Origin: Agriterribacter sp.
GTDB lineage: Bacteria > Bacteroidota > Bacteroidia > Chitinophagales > Chitinophagaceae
Assembly: GCA_044223805.1 (NCBI GenBank)
Contig: JBGALP010000003.1
Span: 17,674-81,673, forward strand
DNA: 64,000 bases
Direction: 5' to 3'
The position numbers and the translations under genes are program-made. Of the stretch, positions 21,722 through 31,378 are shown one piece after another; position 1 is the stretch's first letter; each line of letters starts with the position of its first letter. The notes under the pieces are model-generated. The model did no database searches and was not told the DNA's origin. It saw nothing but the letters and a program-made list of their open reading frames with translations.

Positions 21722-22093
21722 CTACGCCATTTTTTTATCTTTAGTAAATAAATTTGAAGCGAACTTTCTTAAAACATTTATTTTTTTGCCTATTAATTTG
21801 CCAGCTCCAAATTGTAACGCCGCACCGGCAGCTCTTTTAGCTATGCCTCCGGAGCCTAACAACATCTTACCACCAACAAAATTTAAACCCAGGTTAAGCA
21901 CCGTGGTAAAAAGAGTAGATTTAAGCCCAGGCGTTGCGTTAAAATCAGCCAAAGTATTTTTCAAAATATTACCTGGTTTCAGGCTGTGGTAGGTTTGCGC
22001 AAATTTATCTTTTAATTCAACTTCCATCAGTTGCGTTTGCGCTTCCAACTGACTTATCCTTCCCTTTATATCCTCTGATTTCAACTGGCTCAT
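21722..22093 (-). CDS. Hypothetical protein of the YtxH/holin-like cluster
   Basis: Overlaps the upstream gene by 4 nt; coiled N-terminus and amphipathic C-terminus. Confidence 0.7.
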   Translation of the reverse strand: MSQLKSEDIKGRISQLEAQTQLMEVELKDKFAQTYHSLKPGNILKNTLADFNATPGLKSTLFTTVLNLGLNFVGGKMLLGSGGIAKRAAGAALQFGAGKLIGKKINVLRKFASNLFTKDKKMA

Positions 22094-22437
22094 TTTAAAA
22101 TTTTATTGATGATAAGATTATATAAAGGCGTTTTTATGATCTTGCTCCTGGAAGAGTAAATTATTAATCCAATTAAGGCATATACACCGGCGATGATAAA
22201 AAAGCCATAATAAATTTCTCCAACCCACTTACCAACGAGTATAGCGAATGCGATACTTAATAATACGAGTACCATAAAAACAATGCACAGTAAAATTAAC
22301 TGAGACGCAAGTGAAGCAGCAACTTCAGTTGTTTTATCTGCAGCTTTAAGTTTCCACAACTCGGTTTTTGCTTCTATATACTTTCCTGTATCGTTAAGCA
22401 GCTCACTAATGTTATCGGAAATAGTTTCTTCTTTCAT
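22090..22437 (-). CDS. Holin-X/phage-holin-family-like membrane protein (non-phage context)
   Basis: YIEAKTELWKL followed by two TM helices; follows a YtxH gene. Confidence 0.75.
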   Translation of the reverse strand: MKEETISDNISELLNDTGKYIEAKTELWKLKAADKTTEVAASLASQLILLCIVFMVLVLLSIAFAILVGKWVGEIYYGFFIIAGVYALIGLIIYSSRSKIIKTPLYNLIINKILK

Positions 22438-22484
22438 TATGAAAATTTTATATCGCCGGGTATTTTAAAAAGATTCAGCGGGGT

Positions 22485-22766
22485 TTAACTAACCGCGTTC
22501 TTAGCCTGATTACTTAGGCTATTGTATTTGGAAGCCCCTTTTTCGGCCACATCTTCCACTTCACTTTTTGCACTGCGATACTTGTCTTTTACAGTATCTA
22601 CAAAATCGTTGAATGAGCTTTTGAGTTGGTCTCCCATTTCGCCGGTATTTTTGGCTATTTTTTTTCTTGTTTCCGAGCCTTTATCAGGAGCGAACAAAAT
22701 ACCTGCAATGGCTCCAATGGCGGCACCGGCTAATAAACCGAGTAATACTTTTGAATCTACTTTCAT
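22485..22766 (-). CDS. YtxH-domain protein
   Basis: LLAGAAIGAIAGILFAPDKGSETRKKI. Confidence 0.9.
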   Translation of the reverse strand: MKVDSKVLLGLLAGAAIGAIAGILFAPDKGSETRKKIAKNTGEMGDQLKSSFNDFVDTVKDKYRSAKSEVEDVAEKGASKYNSLSNQAKNAVS

Positions 22767-22994
22767 AATAGATGTTTTTTAAAGTGATTGATGTTTTTAT
22801 TTTACAACTAATAGTATATACATTATCCTGCCAAAAATTCTAATTTCTCCAAAACCCCACGTTAATTTTTTAAAACCACAATGAGAAAGTGGATTGAGTA
22901 ATTATTTCTACGCGTTGGGTAATATATCCTATACATTATTTGAATATACCTTAAAGTTAAGCCTTTTTAAAAATGGCACTATTTTTAATCAATA

Positions 22995-23063
22995 TAGTGT
23001 ATTGGGTAGTTTTAGTTTAGGGGTTTTTATATAGGGCCGGGCTTTTCAGTCCGGCCTTTTTTT
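22995..23063 (+). ncRNA. Candidate small RNA
   Basis: Plus-strand terminator GGCCGG...CCGGCC-T7 with no plus-strand gene; TGGCAC at 22974; contains TAGTTTAGGG. Confidence 0.4.
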
Positions 23064-23069
23064 ATTGAG

Positions 23070-23882
23070 TTATGCAGATTGTTTACGGAAAGAAAAAAGT
23101 GATGTGCTTATATGGAGAGATTTTTTTTCACGAAGAGCAATCCAAAGCGCAAGTAGCACGCCGTAGCTACCTCCCCGTTCAATCCATTCAAAGATGCCAT
23201 AATGTGGATATAATAATTCACTCGCCATTTTCCAGATAAAAAGGAAAAAAATAAGAGGCTTTATAGGATTGATGATAATTGATATTGCAGCGATAATTTC
23301 GAGTGATCCTACTATTTGCGCAACCTGCACAGGGTTGCTGAAACCAAGATGGGTATATTGATTAAGCAAGCTTTGCTTTAATAAGAGGTTAAGCCAGCCA
23401 TGCCCCAGTAAAAGCATAAAACCGAATAGTTCCAGGCTTTTAACTATTACAGCAAATTCCTTTTCTGTTATGTTGGTTGCAGGCTGCATTTTGGCAAACC
23501 AATCTTTTATGCTTACATTTTTTATCCCTGCAAGCAATAGCAAAACCAATGGCGCCCCATAGTTTCCTGCACGTTCAATGGTTTCGGCAAATGGTTCCCC
23601 CGATAGGGGTCTTAATAGTGCGGTTAAAAGTCCCCAACCTACCAGCCATGCTGCTATAAAACGTACCGGATAAAAAAGGAGAATGAGGCCAAACAGAATA
23701 TCAACTATGCCTACAACCGGCATTAATTGATAAGCGAGCTTTTCCTGAATACCAAACACTGCAAAATAATTACACCATATTTGTTTTGTAATTATACCAA
23801 AAGATCCATGACCAATAAAACACATGGCTGAGGCGATACGGAGTATATAATGTAATTTTTGGGGCAGCTTTAAGCTAGACAT
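23070..23882 (-). CDS. Integral membrane protein with internal duplication (DoxX-like)
   Basis: Two halves, each with GHG...ERxGxYG (IGHG/IERAGNYG; LGHG/IERGGSYG). Confidence 0.75.
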   Translation of the reverse strand: MSSLKLPQKLHYILRIASAMCFIGHGSFGIITKQIWCNYFAVFGIQEKLAYQLMPVVGIVDILFGLILLFYPVRFIAAWLVGWGLLTALLRPLSGEPFAETIERAGNYGAPLVLLLLAGIKNVSIKDWFAKMQPATNITEKEFAVIVKSLELFGFMLLLGHGWLNLLLKQSLLNQYTHLGFSNPVQVAQIVGSLEIIAAISIIINPIKPLIFFLFIWKMASELLYPHYGIFEWIERGGSYGVLLALWIALREKKSLHISTSLFSFRKQSA

Positions 23883-24111
23883 ACACTACTATTACAAAAT
23901 GGGTAGGTGAAGATAAAAAAATTACCCGAAACAGCTAAAACCGGGTATTTTTTTGCATGGATGGGACAATCAATCAAAATTTATTAAAAATAATAATAAT
24001 GCTTCTAAAAATAGGGCAACCGTTTGCACACAAATGTATCATCCAGCTTTCCTACATTTATATGCCCCTTTTTTATTGCAGTTGAAACCCCTTGAAAGCG
24101 CTATATAATAA

Positions 24112-24142
24112 TAAAGGAGCAGACGGTCAGGTCTGCCCCTTT
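24112..24142 (-). terminator. Terminator-like hairpin after the heme-binding protein
   Basis: AAAGG-AGCAGAC...GTCTGC-CCCTTT stem 25 nt past the stop. Confidence 0.55.
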
Positions 24143-24167
24143 AAAGCGTTTTTTTAATTAAAGTAAT

Positions 24168-26846
24168 TTATTTCTTTCCAGTATATACAGCGTTATCTTT
24201 ATTACCACCTGAAATAAGGTAAGCCATAAGATCTTTTAATTCCTCAGGATTAAGTCTGTTGATCATGCCCGGTAACATAGGCGATACTTCAGATACCCGT
24301 GTGCTTGCCACATCTTTTTTAGCGATGTCGCGAACTACCTGTGGGGCAAATGGATTTTGAGAGATAGAATACTTGTTATCGTCCTGTGTTACTATTCTAC
24401 CAGTTACCGAACTGCCATCTTTTAATGTAAACACAGTTGAACCAAATTGATCAGATATCGTTTTGCTTGGATCAATAATAGACTCAAGAATATCTTTTGC
24501 TGAAAAGCGTGTACCCAATTGCGATAGATCTGGTCCTGCAGTACCACCTTCGCCTTTCATTGTATGACACGAGATACATAATGATGCCGCAAACATCGCT
24601 TTACCCTGCTCATAATTACGATTGGTTAATCCACTGTCTACTACCTTTACCGCTTCCTCTACTTCCCATCTTCTACCCGGTCCTTTTGGTTGCGCAGCAT
24701 TATCTGCCAGTTCATTACCACTGCGGTTTACAATAGAGTCGCCAGATATAGTATTAAAGTGAGCAAACTCCGCTTTGGGAACATTAGCCAAAGCCATCTT
24801 TCTTGCATTGTTAATAAAGCCTCTGAAACTGTGTCCTCCTTTAAAGCTGAAGGCAGTATAAAACCATTTAAAATATTTGTCCTGCAATTCAGGCGTCCAT
24901 CCTGTTTTTGCCTGGCTTAAAACTACAGCCAGGTATGTTTGCTGCATAGGAGGTACTTTCGATAGCATGCTTGCTATGTCCATACCATATTGCGGGTTGC
25001 GCATAATAAGATCAGAGGAGTTGGTAAACGTTTTCTGATCGTCTTTATCGTCTTTCGCATCGGCAAGTAATGCCATTGTTTTTTCTACAGCCTGTGGTGC
25101 GCCAATGTATACTAATACTTTGCTTAATCCCCTGTTTACATTATTGCTTTTGGCCGGGTATTGTGCATTAAGATAATTGCCTAAAGTTGTTTGCGTAGCC
25201 GCGTCAGGTTTACCCATGCGTAACAGTACCAATTCAACTGCGCGTAAAAAGTCAATTTGCTGCGATTCGGAAAGTGCTGAATAGTTGATACCACTTAACG
25301 CGGCAAGTAATGGATTTTTTACGCTGGCGTCGCCTGCTCTCGCTAATGCAACAGCGCCTTCAATTAATGTTTCAGGATCTTTTTCTTTTAATACCAGGTC
25401 TTTCCACTGAGCTACCGGTTGATGTTGTACTGCCACACGTGCCGCATAACGTATAAACCTGTCTTTATGTTTAAGATAAGGCCATGCTACAGTTATAGCG
25501 TCTGCTTTTGGCGCGCCATGATATGTTTCCAGTTGCCTGCGGATCTTTTGTTCTTCAGTAAGCGCCGGTGCAGCCTCCGCTTTTACTTCTTTATTGTCTT
25601 CGTAATATATACGGTAAAGGTCTGATTCCAAACGACGACCACCTGTCATAAAATACATAGCGCCATCAGGTCCGATCACGCCATCAGTTAATGGCAATGG
25701 AGCGCCTGAAACAAATTCTTCTCCTGTTGCTTTGTATGAAGCGCCATCTGGATCTAAATGTACGGCGTATATAATACCAAAGCTCCAGTCGAACGCGAAT
25801 ATTGCTTTACGGTATTTTTCAGGAAAACGGGCGTTAAGACCAGACACCACATTAGTAGGCGAACCCTGACCGATATTTAAAACAGGAGGTAAATTATCAG
25901 GAAAAGAAGGAGACCATTTATCAGTACCCTGGCGCCATCCAAATTCGCCACCGCTTGTTACGTGACAAATGCGGGTTGGTCTGTACCATGGTGTTCCAAA
26001 ATCCCACTCCATATCCGAGTCATAAGTAAACATATCACCTGCGTCGTTGAAAGCCAGATCAAAAGGATTGCGAAAGCCGGAAGCTACGAGGTCCCATTTA
26101 GAACCGGTAGAATCAATATGTGCTATCCATCCGCCATGCGTGTTTACCACATCATCATGTCCGTTAGGATCTTTTATTAAAGGAAGCAGGTTATCAATCT
26201 GCCAATCTGCATAACCGCTGTAGTTATCCATTTTGGGGATCTTGGTAAAGTTACCTGCTATTACATACAGTGATTGTTTATCGGGTGAAAATACAATACT
26301 GTGCGGTCCATGTTCACCTTCGCCATCCAGTTCCCTTATTAAAGTAATTTTATCAAACTGGTCATCACCGTTAGTATCCTGCAGGCGGTATAATCCACTG
26401 CCTTTAGGGAAAGCGCTGTCTGCACCATGATTAATCATTACATACAAACTATTGAAAGCATACAGCAAACCATGCGCATATCCCATTGTTACCAGTGCTT
26501 TGCTGGTATCTGTGGTATTACCTACCACCAATCTTTCCACTTTGGGTTTTGATGTATCGCCGATAGGAGGTAATTGCAAACGATACAGAGCACCATACTG
26601 ATCGGAAGCAATGAGTCGTCCTTTATCATCAAATGTCATGGATACCCATGAACCATCTTCATTTTCAGAAGGTCCAAACAAATGATCGGCATGAAAGCCT
26701 TCTGGTAATTTCAGCTTCGCTAACTTGGGGTCTGTGCTTGTCTTTTCCTCTTTTTTATCGCCGGTTTTGGTATTACATGAAGCCAGTAATAAAGAAAAGG
26801 CGGTAAAGGCTATCAGTAGCCTGGGAAAAGGATTGTGTAAACGCAT
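24168..26846 (-). CDS. PVC-type heme-binding lipoprotein (beta-propeller dehydrogenase-like, HEAT repeats, cytochrome c)
   Basis: Lipobox LASC; GFRNPFD, YDSDMEWD; CISCH heme motif; GPDLS, ILESIIDPS, SPMLPG. Confidence 0.85.
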   Translation of the reverse strand: MRLHNPFPRLLIAFTAFSLLLASCNTKTGDKKEEKTSTDPKLAKLKLPEGFHADHLFGPSENEDGSWVSMTFDDKGRLIASDQYGALYRLQLPPIGDTSKPKVERLVVGNTTDTSKALVTMGYAHGLLYAFNSLYVMINHGADSAFPKGSGLYRLQDTNGDDQFDKITLIRELDGEGEHGPHSIVFSPDKQSLYVIAGNFTKIPKMDNYSGYADWQIDNLLPLIKDPNGHDDVVNTHGGWIAHIDSTGSKWDLVASGFRNPFDLAFNDAGDMFTYDSDMEWDFGTPWYRPTRICHVTSGGEFGWRQGTDKWSPSFPDNLPPVLNIGQGSPTNVVSGLNARFPEKYRKAIFAFDWSFGIIYAVHLDPDGASYKATGEEFVSGAPLPLTDGVIGPDGAMYFMTGGRRLESDLYRIYYEDNKEVKAEAAPALTEEQKIRRQLETYHGAPKADAITVAWPYLKHKDRFIRYAARVAVQHQPVAQWKDLVLKEKDPETLIEGAVALARAGDASVKNPLLAALSGINYSALSESQQIDFLRAVELVLLRMGKPDAATQTTLGNYLNAQYPAKSNNVNRGLSKVLVYIGAPQAVEKTMALLADAKDDKDDQKTFTNSSDLIMRNPQYGMDIASMLSKVPPMQQTYLAVVLSQAKTGWTPELQDKYFKWFYTAFSFKGGHSFRGFINNARKMALANVPKAEFAHFNTISGDSIVNRSGNELADNAAQPKGPGRRWEVEEAVKVVDSGLTNRNYEQGKAMFAASLCISCHTMKGEGGTAGPDLSQLGTRFSAKDILESIIDPSKTISDQFGSTVFTLKDGSSVTGRIVTQDDNKYSISQNPFAPQVVRDIAKKDVASTRVSEVSPMLPGMINRLNPEELKDLMAYLISGGNKDNAVYTGKK

Positions 26847-27401
26847 AGTTGAAAATTGAATTTACTGTGTAATCTATTTTTTAAAAATAAGTAATGACTA
26901 TCCAATGTAGTTTAAAAACAAACCTTGTCTCTATTACAGCTGAAAAATCTATACACTGTCGTCTATTCGATAATAGCTTTTGTTTTTACTGACTTTTGTA
27001 ATGTAAAGAGAAAAGTAAGAAAAGCCCCTATCAGCAACATGAAAAATAGATTGCTTTTGCAGCAAACCCGTAAATAATTCTAACGCATGGCAAGACTTAC
27101 TTGATCAATTTATTAAACCCACCATAAATATATGCTTATGATGGTAAATTATTAAGCGTGTAAGCTAAATATTACATTTTACTCGGGCGTCCTGCACCGT
27201 CCTGCAAATAATAGCACCCACAAAGCTATTTTTTGTCCTTCAATTTTTAGCATAAATCAACAGTTTAATAGAGGAGCGGCGTAAGAAAATATACTGCCTA
27301 AACGAAAGATGTTTAATGGTATAAAGCAAATGCAGTAGATGTTCACTCATCATTTCAATAAGAGCGAACGCTAAGTGCATTTAATGCCTTACACATATAG
27401 T

Positions 27402-27442
27402 AAAAACGTTACCAGCCTCTCTTGCAAAAGGCTGGTAACGTT
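27402..27442 (-). terminator. Intrinsic terminator of the pirin/FMN-reductase operon
   Basis: 14-bp stem AACGTTACCAGCCT/AGGCTGGTAACGTT ending in a minus-strand T-run. Confidence 0.8.
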
Positions 27443-27464
27443 CGGCAATAAGTAAAACAGTATC

Positions 27465-28031
27465 TTATTTTTTTCTGAGGGGCTTCATAGCATCCGACCA
27501 ACGGATCAATTCCCTGATCATTGCATTTGCAGATGCGTTAAGGTGATCATCACTCACAAACTTTTCATCCTCATTAATAAATTTTGTAAAAAAGGGGATG
27601 TTCACGCTTTCCGCCAACGGCATCATTTTTAACGTAGTTACCACCTGTTTCAGCATTTGTGTAGCACGTGTACCTGCTGACAGACCTCCATAACATACAA
27701 TACCTACCGGCTTGTATGACCATTCCTCAAAAAGATAATCAATCGCATTTTTTATAGGGGCACAAAATCCAAAATTATATTCAGGCATTACAAAAATAAA
27801 AGCGTCCGCAGATTCGATTGCAGCACTCCATGCTTTTGTATGTTCGTGAGTGTATTTACGCAAACGGGGATGGTGCGGTTCATCCATAAAAGGAAGATTG
27901 ATCTCTTTCAGATCCAGATGCTCAACTTGGATGTTTTCAACGCTCTTCAACAATTCAAGTATCCAATGTGAAATAGCCGGCCCTTTGCGCCCTTGGCGTG
28001 TACTCGACGTTACAACCTTTACAACTGTCAT
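27465..28031 (-). CDS. NADPH-dependent FMN reductase
   Basis: SSTRQGRKG, PEYNFG, KNAIDYL, KPVGIVCYGG. Confidence 0.9.
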   Translation of the reverse strand: MTVVKVVTSSTRQGRKGPAISHWILELLKSVENIQVEHLDLKEINLPFMDEPHHPRLRKYTHEHTKAWSAAIESADAFIFVMPEYNFGFCAPIKNAIDYLFEEWSYKPVGIVCYGGLSAGTRATQMLKQVVTTLKMMPLAESVNIPFFTKFINEDEKFVSDDHLNASANAMIRELIRWSDAMKPLRKK

Positions 28032-28074
28032 TCTTATCTCTTTATAAATAATTGATTAAAATATTTCTTGTTCA

Positions 28075-28368
28075 TTAATGTGCAACAAGCCTGTTCCATT
28101 CAGGATGTCTTTTTAAATAAACAACTACGTATGGACAAAGTGGAATTAATCTGAGATGATGCTTTTCTATATAGTGCAGGGTTTTTTCAACCAGCGCTCC
28201 AGCAATACCTCTACCTTCCATTTCCTTTGGCACTTCTGTATGCAACAGCGCGATGGCGTGTTGCGTTTGTTTGTATTCTATAAAAGCAACAGCTCCATCC
28301 ACTGTTATTTCAAAGCGGTTGGTTGCTGCATTATTGATGAGGGGTATAGATTGATATTGATCGGACAT
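28075..28368 (-). CDS. Small GNAT N-acetyltransferase (YjdJ-like)
   Basis: RFEI, HTEVP..EGRGIAG, PLCPYV. Confidence 0.9.
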   Translation of the reverse strand: MSDQYQSIPLINNAATNRFEITVDGAVAFIEYKQTQHAIALLHTEVPKEMEGRGIAGALVEKTLHYIEKHHLRLIPLCPYVVVYLKRHPEWNRLVAH

Positions 28369-28380
28369 AAGATTGATTTA

Positions 28381-29244
28381 TTAGTAAGACAGCGTACCAA
28401 AAATACCTTTTTTATAATCGTCCAAAGCCTGTTCAACTTCTTCGGGTGTGTTCATTACAAAATTATCTTTCGCGCTTACCGGTTCATTAACAGGTTCTGC
28501 AGAAAGAAACAACAGTTGTGTATCTTCTTCAGCAGTTACAATAACTTCATCGTTATTTTTTTCAAATACAACAAGATTATGTTCCGCTATGCTTTCATTA
28601 TTAATGCACAATCCACCTTTTGCTATATATAATAACGTCCAGTAACCGGGAGTAGCCGAAAACTGAACCCTGTTACCTTTTTGTATTTCACCAACTATAG
28701 AAATGACGGGTGTAATAGTTTTAACAGGACCTTCCGTTCCCTCATAATTCCCTGTTGCCAGCCGTAGGTTTATGCCTTCGCTTTCCAGTATGCGGGGTAA
28801 TTGTGCTTTTGCGGCAGATTGATACGTAGGTTCATCCCATTTATTCGCCGCGGGCACATTTATCCATAGCTGAATAAATTCCATTATACCACCTTTCTTT
28901 AATAAATTGTCTGAAGGACCTTCGCTATGCAATAAACCCTTGCCGGCAAACATCCATTGCACGTCGCCTTCTTTTACTGTTTCATCATGCCCGGCATTGT
29001 CTTTATGATAACCCTCTCCCTGTAATATAAACGTAACCGGTGCAAAGCCACGGTGCGGGTGCGGATGAATACGTTGTTTGGAACCGGCAGCTATTATTTC
29101 CGGAAGTTTATGGTGTAATACAATAAACGGATTAGCAAAACGAAAATCTTTATGTGGAAGTGGTTGTAAAACAGTTTCCTCTTTAGTTATATTTTTTTCT
29201 CTCCCTAATAGTATATGTTCTATCTTCTTTTGCATATAAAACAT
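28381..29244 (-). CDS. Pirin family protein
   Basis: HPHRGF, VQWMFAGKGLLHSE, QLWINVP, FVMNT. Confidence 0.93.
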   Translation of the reverse strand: MFYMQKKIEHILLGREKNITKEETVLQPLPHKDFRFANPFIVLHHKLPEIIAAGSKQRIHPHPHRGFAPVTFILQGEGYHKDNAGHDETVKEGDVQWMFAGKGLLHSEGPSDNLLKKGGIMEFIQLWINVPAANKWDEPTYQSAAKAQLPRILESEGINLRLATGNYEGTEGPVKTITPVISIVGEIQKGNRVQFSATPGYWTLLYIAKGGLCINNESIAEHNLVVFEKNNDEVIVTAEEDTQLLFLSAEPVNEPVSAKDNFVMNTPEEVEQALDDYKKGIFGTLSY

Positions 29245-29307
29245 TTTAACAGTGATGCAAATGTAACAAGAGCAACAAACTATATTGTTTTGTTGCTCTT
29301 GCTTATG

Positions 29308-30177
29308 TTAATTTAATACGCCGAATTTGCCTGCCTGAAATTCTTCAATACTTTCAATGATCTCCTGTTGAGTGTTCATCACAAAAGGTCCATAACTCGC
29401 TATAGGTTCGTTCAGTGGTTCTCCACTCAATACTAATACTACACTATCTTCATCAGCTTTAATGTGTATAGCTTCTCCATCATTTTTAAATAACACAAAA
29501 CTATGTTCCGCGGCTTTTTCATCATTTACCGTTACACTGCCATTGATCACCAATAAGGCTGTATTATATGCTGAAGGTAAAGAGGTTTCTACTTCACCAC
29601 CACTGTTAAGTTTAATGTCAAAAACATGTACAGGTGAATAGGTGGTGGCTGCACCTTTCACTCCATTAAACTCACCGGCAATTACATTTACCACGCCTGC
29701 ATTGTTTGGTAATTGCACTTTGCTTATCTGATCTTTGGTAAGCGCCTGGTAATGGGGCTGCGCCAATTTATCTTTTTTAGGAAGATTTACCCAAAGCTGC
29801 ACCATTTCAAACAAGCCACCTCTTTTGGAAAATGCTTCTTCATGATATTCCTTATGTAAGATTCCTGCGCCAGCCGTCATCCATTGTACATCGCCGGGAT
29901 GGATAACACCACTATTGCCTGCACTATCGTTGTGGGCTACACTACCTTTGTATGCAATGGTAACGGTTTCAAAACCCTTGTGCGGATGTACATCTACGCC
30001 GCGGATATGATCAGATTTGCCAAAATCAAATGCAGCGTTAAAGTCAAGCATTAAAAAAGGGCTGATTCTTTGCTGCGCTATCCCGCCGCCGGGTATATAA
30101 TTAAACACCCTGAATCCATCGCCTACCATACCGGGGCGTGCAGGTTTGCTGACTATTCTTTCAATTTTCTTTTTCAT
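29308..30177 (-). CDS. Pirin family protein
   Basis: HPHKGFETVT, VQWMTAGAGILHKE, QLWVNLP, GPFVMNT. Confidence 0.95.
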   Translation of the reverse strand: MKKKIERIVSKPARPGMVGDGFRVFNYIPGGGIAQQRISPFLMLDFNAAFDFGKSDHIRGVDVHPHKGFETVTIAYKGSVAHNDSAGNSGVIHPGDVQWMTAGAGILHKEYHEEAFSKRGGLFEMVQLWVNLPKKDKLAQPHYQALTKDQISKVQLPNNAGVVNVIAGEFNGVKGAATTYSPVHVFDIKLNSGGEVETSLPSAYNTALLVINGSVTVNDEKAAEHSFVLFKNDGEAIHIKADEDSVVLVLSGEPLNEPIASYGPFVMNTQQEIIESIEEFQAGKFGVLN

Positions 30178-30212
30178 AATATTTTGCTTTAAGTGTAAAG
30201 TGTATAATGTTT

Positions 30213-30593
30213 TTAATTGGGTTGCGCTATACTAATGTTATATCTGGCATTCTTCAGCGCATCATCATTTATAGTATAAGATGGGTTTCTTGCATTGTCT
30301 ATATCTTTTACAAATTCAGCTAATGCGTTTGCCAATGAAGTATCCTTTGTAAGTTCAAGAACGTATACATCATCGCTTTGAAAACCGACAATACGTGACA
30401 GCTTGTTTTTATCAACCAGATTGATGTCTTCATATATTACCACTATATCAATATTGGTTTGCTGAAATTTCTCAATCGCTTCTTCAACAGAAAGCGCTGG
30501 AATAATGATGTATTCATTTCTTTCAGTTAATTTTTCAGCATCGTACTGCAGCGTGGTTGTGTTGTTGCTTAACAGTAATATTGCTTTTTTCAT
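30213..30593 (-). CDS. Hypothetical protein, degenerate receiver-like fold
   Basis: SVEEAIEKF...DIVVI pattern; start moved to MKKAIL at 30593 because a -7 box lies at 30617-30624. Confidence 0.6.
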   Translation of the reverse strand: MKKAILLLSNNTTTLQYDAEKLTERNEYIIIPALSVEEAIEKFQQTNIDIVVIYEDINLVDKNKLSRIVGFQSDDVYVLELTKDTSLANALAEFVKDIDNARNPSYTINDDALKNARYNISIAQPN

Positions 30594-30616
30594 GTATGCT
30601 CCTTTTTTTAATGACA

Positions 30617-30684
30617 CAAAGCTACTGTAGCAATACATCGAAAAAAATAAAGCAGGTTAAGCGCTATGCTTAATGTGGATTAAG
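30617..30684 (-). promoter_or_regulatory. Promoter of the pirin operon with a palindromic site, candidate for the adjacent Crp/Fnr protein
   Basis: -7 box TAGCTTTG (30624-30617); CTTAAT-GTGG-ATTAAG palindrome at 30669-30684. Confidence 0.5.
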
Positions 30685-30694
30685 AAAAGACAGA

Positions 30695-31273
30695 TCAGGC
30701 TTTAACGGTTTTAAGCATTTTACTTAAAAACTCGGGTGTAACACCTATATAAGAAGCTACATATTTTTGGGGTAAACATTCTGTAAGCGAAGGATATTTT
30801 ACACAAAACGCATTATAACGTTCCATTGCGGAAAAACTAAGATTGCCTACTAATCTTTCCTGGTAATTGATCAAGGCATTTTCGGCGAGTATTCTAAAAA
30901 AACGCTCCAGCGCGGGAATGTCTGTAAATAATTTATCGAGCGTTGATTTGTATATCCATAGTATTTCGGTATCGTCTACCGCGTCAATAAAAAGTGTACC
31001 TGGCCGTTGTGTGTTGATGCTTTTTATATCACCAACCCACCAGCCCGGCGGGGCAAATTGAAGAATATGTTCAACGCCGTTTTTATCAAGTGAATAGGTA
31101 CGCAAAATACCCTTAACAACAAATGCGGGTCCTTTTGCCGTATCACCTTCCTGGCTCAGGAATTGCCTTTTGCGGATTTTTTTTGAATTAAATGAATCCG
31201 ACACCATCTCTTTTTGTTCATCAGAGAGTGTAATGCGTTTAGCAATATGTTGTAATAATAAATCAGAATGCAT
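30695..31273 (-). CDS. Crp/Fnr family transcriptional regulator
   Basis: cNMP-binding barrel (FVVKGILRTY, GVEHILQF) and HTH VASYIGVTPEFLSK. Confidence 0.93.
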   Translation of the reverse strand: MHSDLLLQHIAKRITLSDEQKEMVSDSFNSKKIRKRQFLSQEGDTAKGPAFVVKGILRTYSLDKNGVEHILQFAPPGWWVGDIKSINTQRPGTLFIDAVDDTEILWIYKSTLDKLFTDIPALERFFRILAENALINYQERLVGNLSFSAMERYNAFCVKYPSLTECLPQKYVASYIGVTPEFLSKMLKTVKA

Positions 31274-31378
31274 AGATGGTTACTATAACACTGCTAAGGT
31301 AGTGGCGAAAAGTGAAATGCGGTGCACAAATTTCTATAGTGTCTGTTTATATAATTGAGATATTTTTGAATAATATTA

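Noticed and set aside
22090-22437. Holin-like gene as evidence of a prophage
   Set aside because: No phage genes are nearby; the YtxH plus holin-like arrangement is an ordinary chromosomal cluster.
26963-27088. Short hydrophobic minus-strand ORF (MLLIGAFLTFLFTLQ...) upstream of the heme protein, with a CC further upstream
   Set aside because: The upstream ATG is followed by TAG after two codons, and the remainder is typical of T-rich intergenic DNA.
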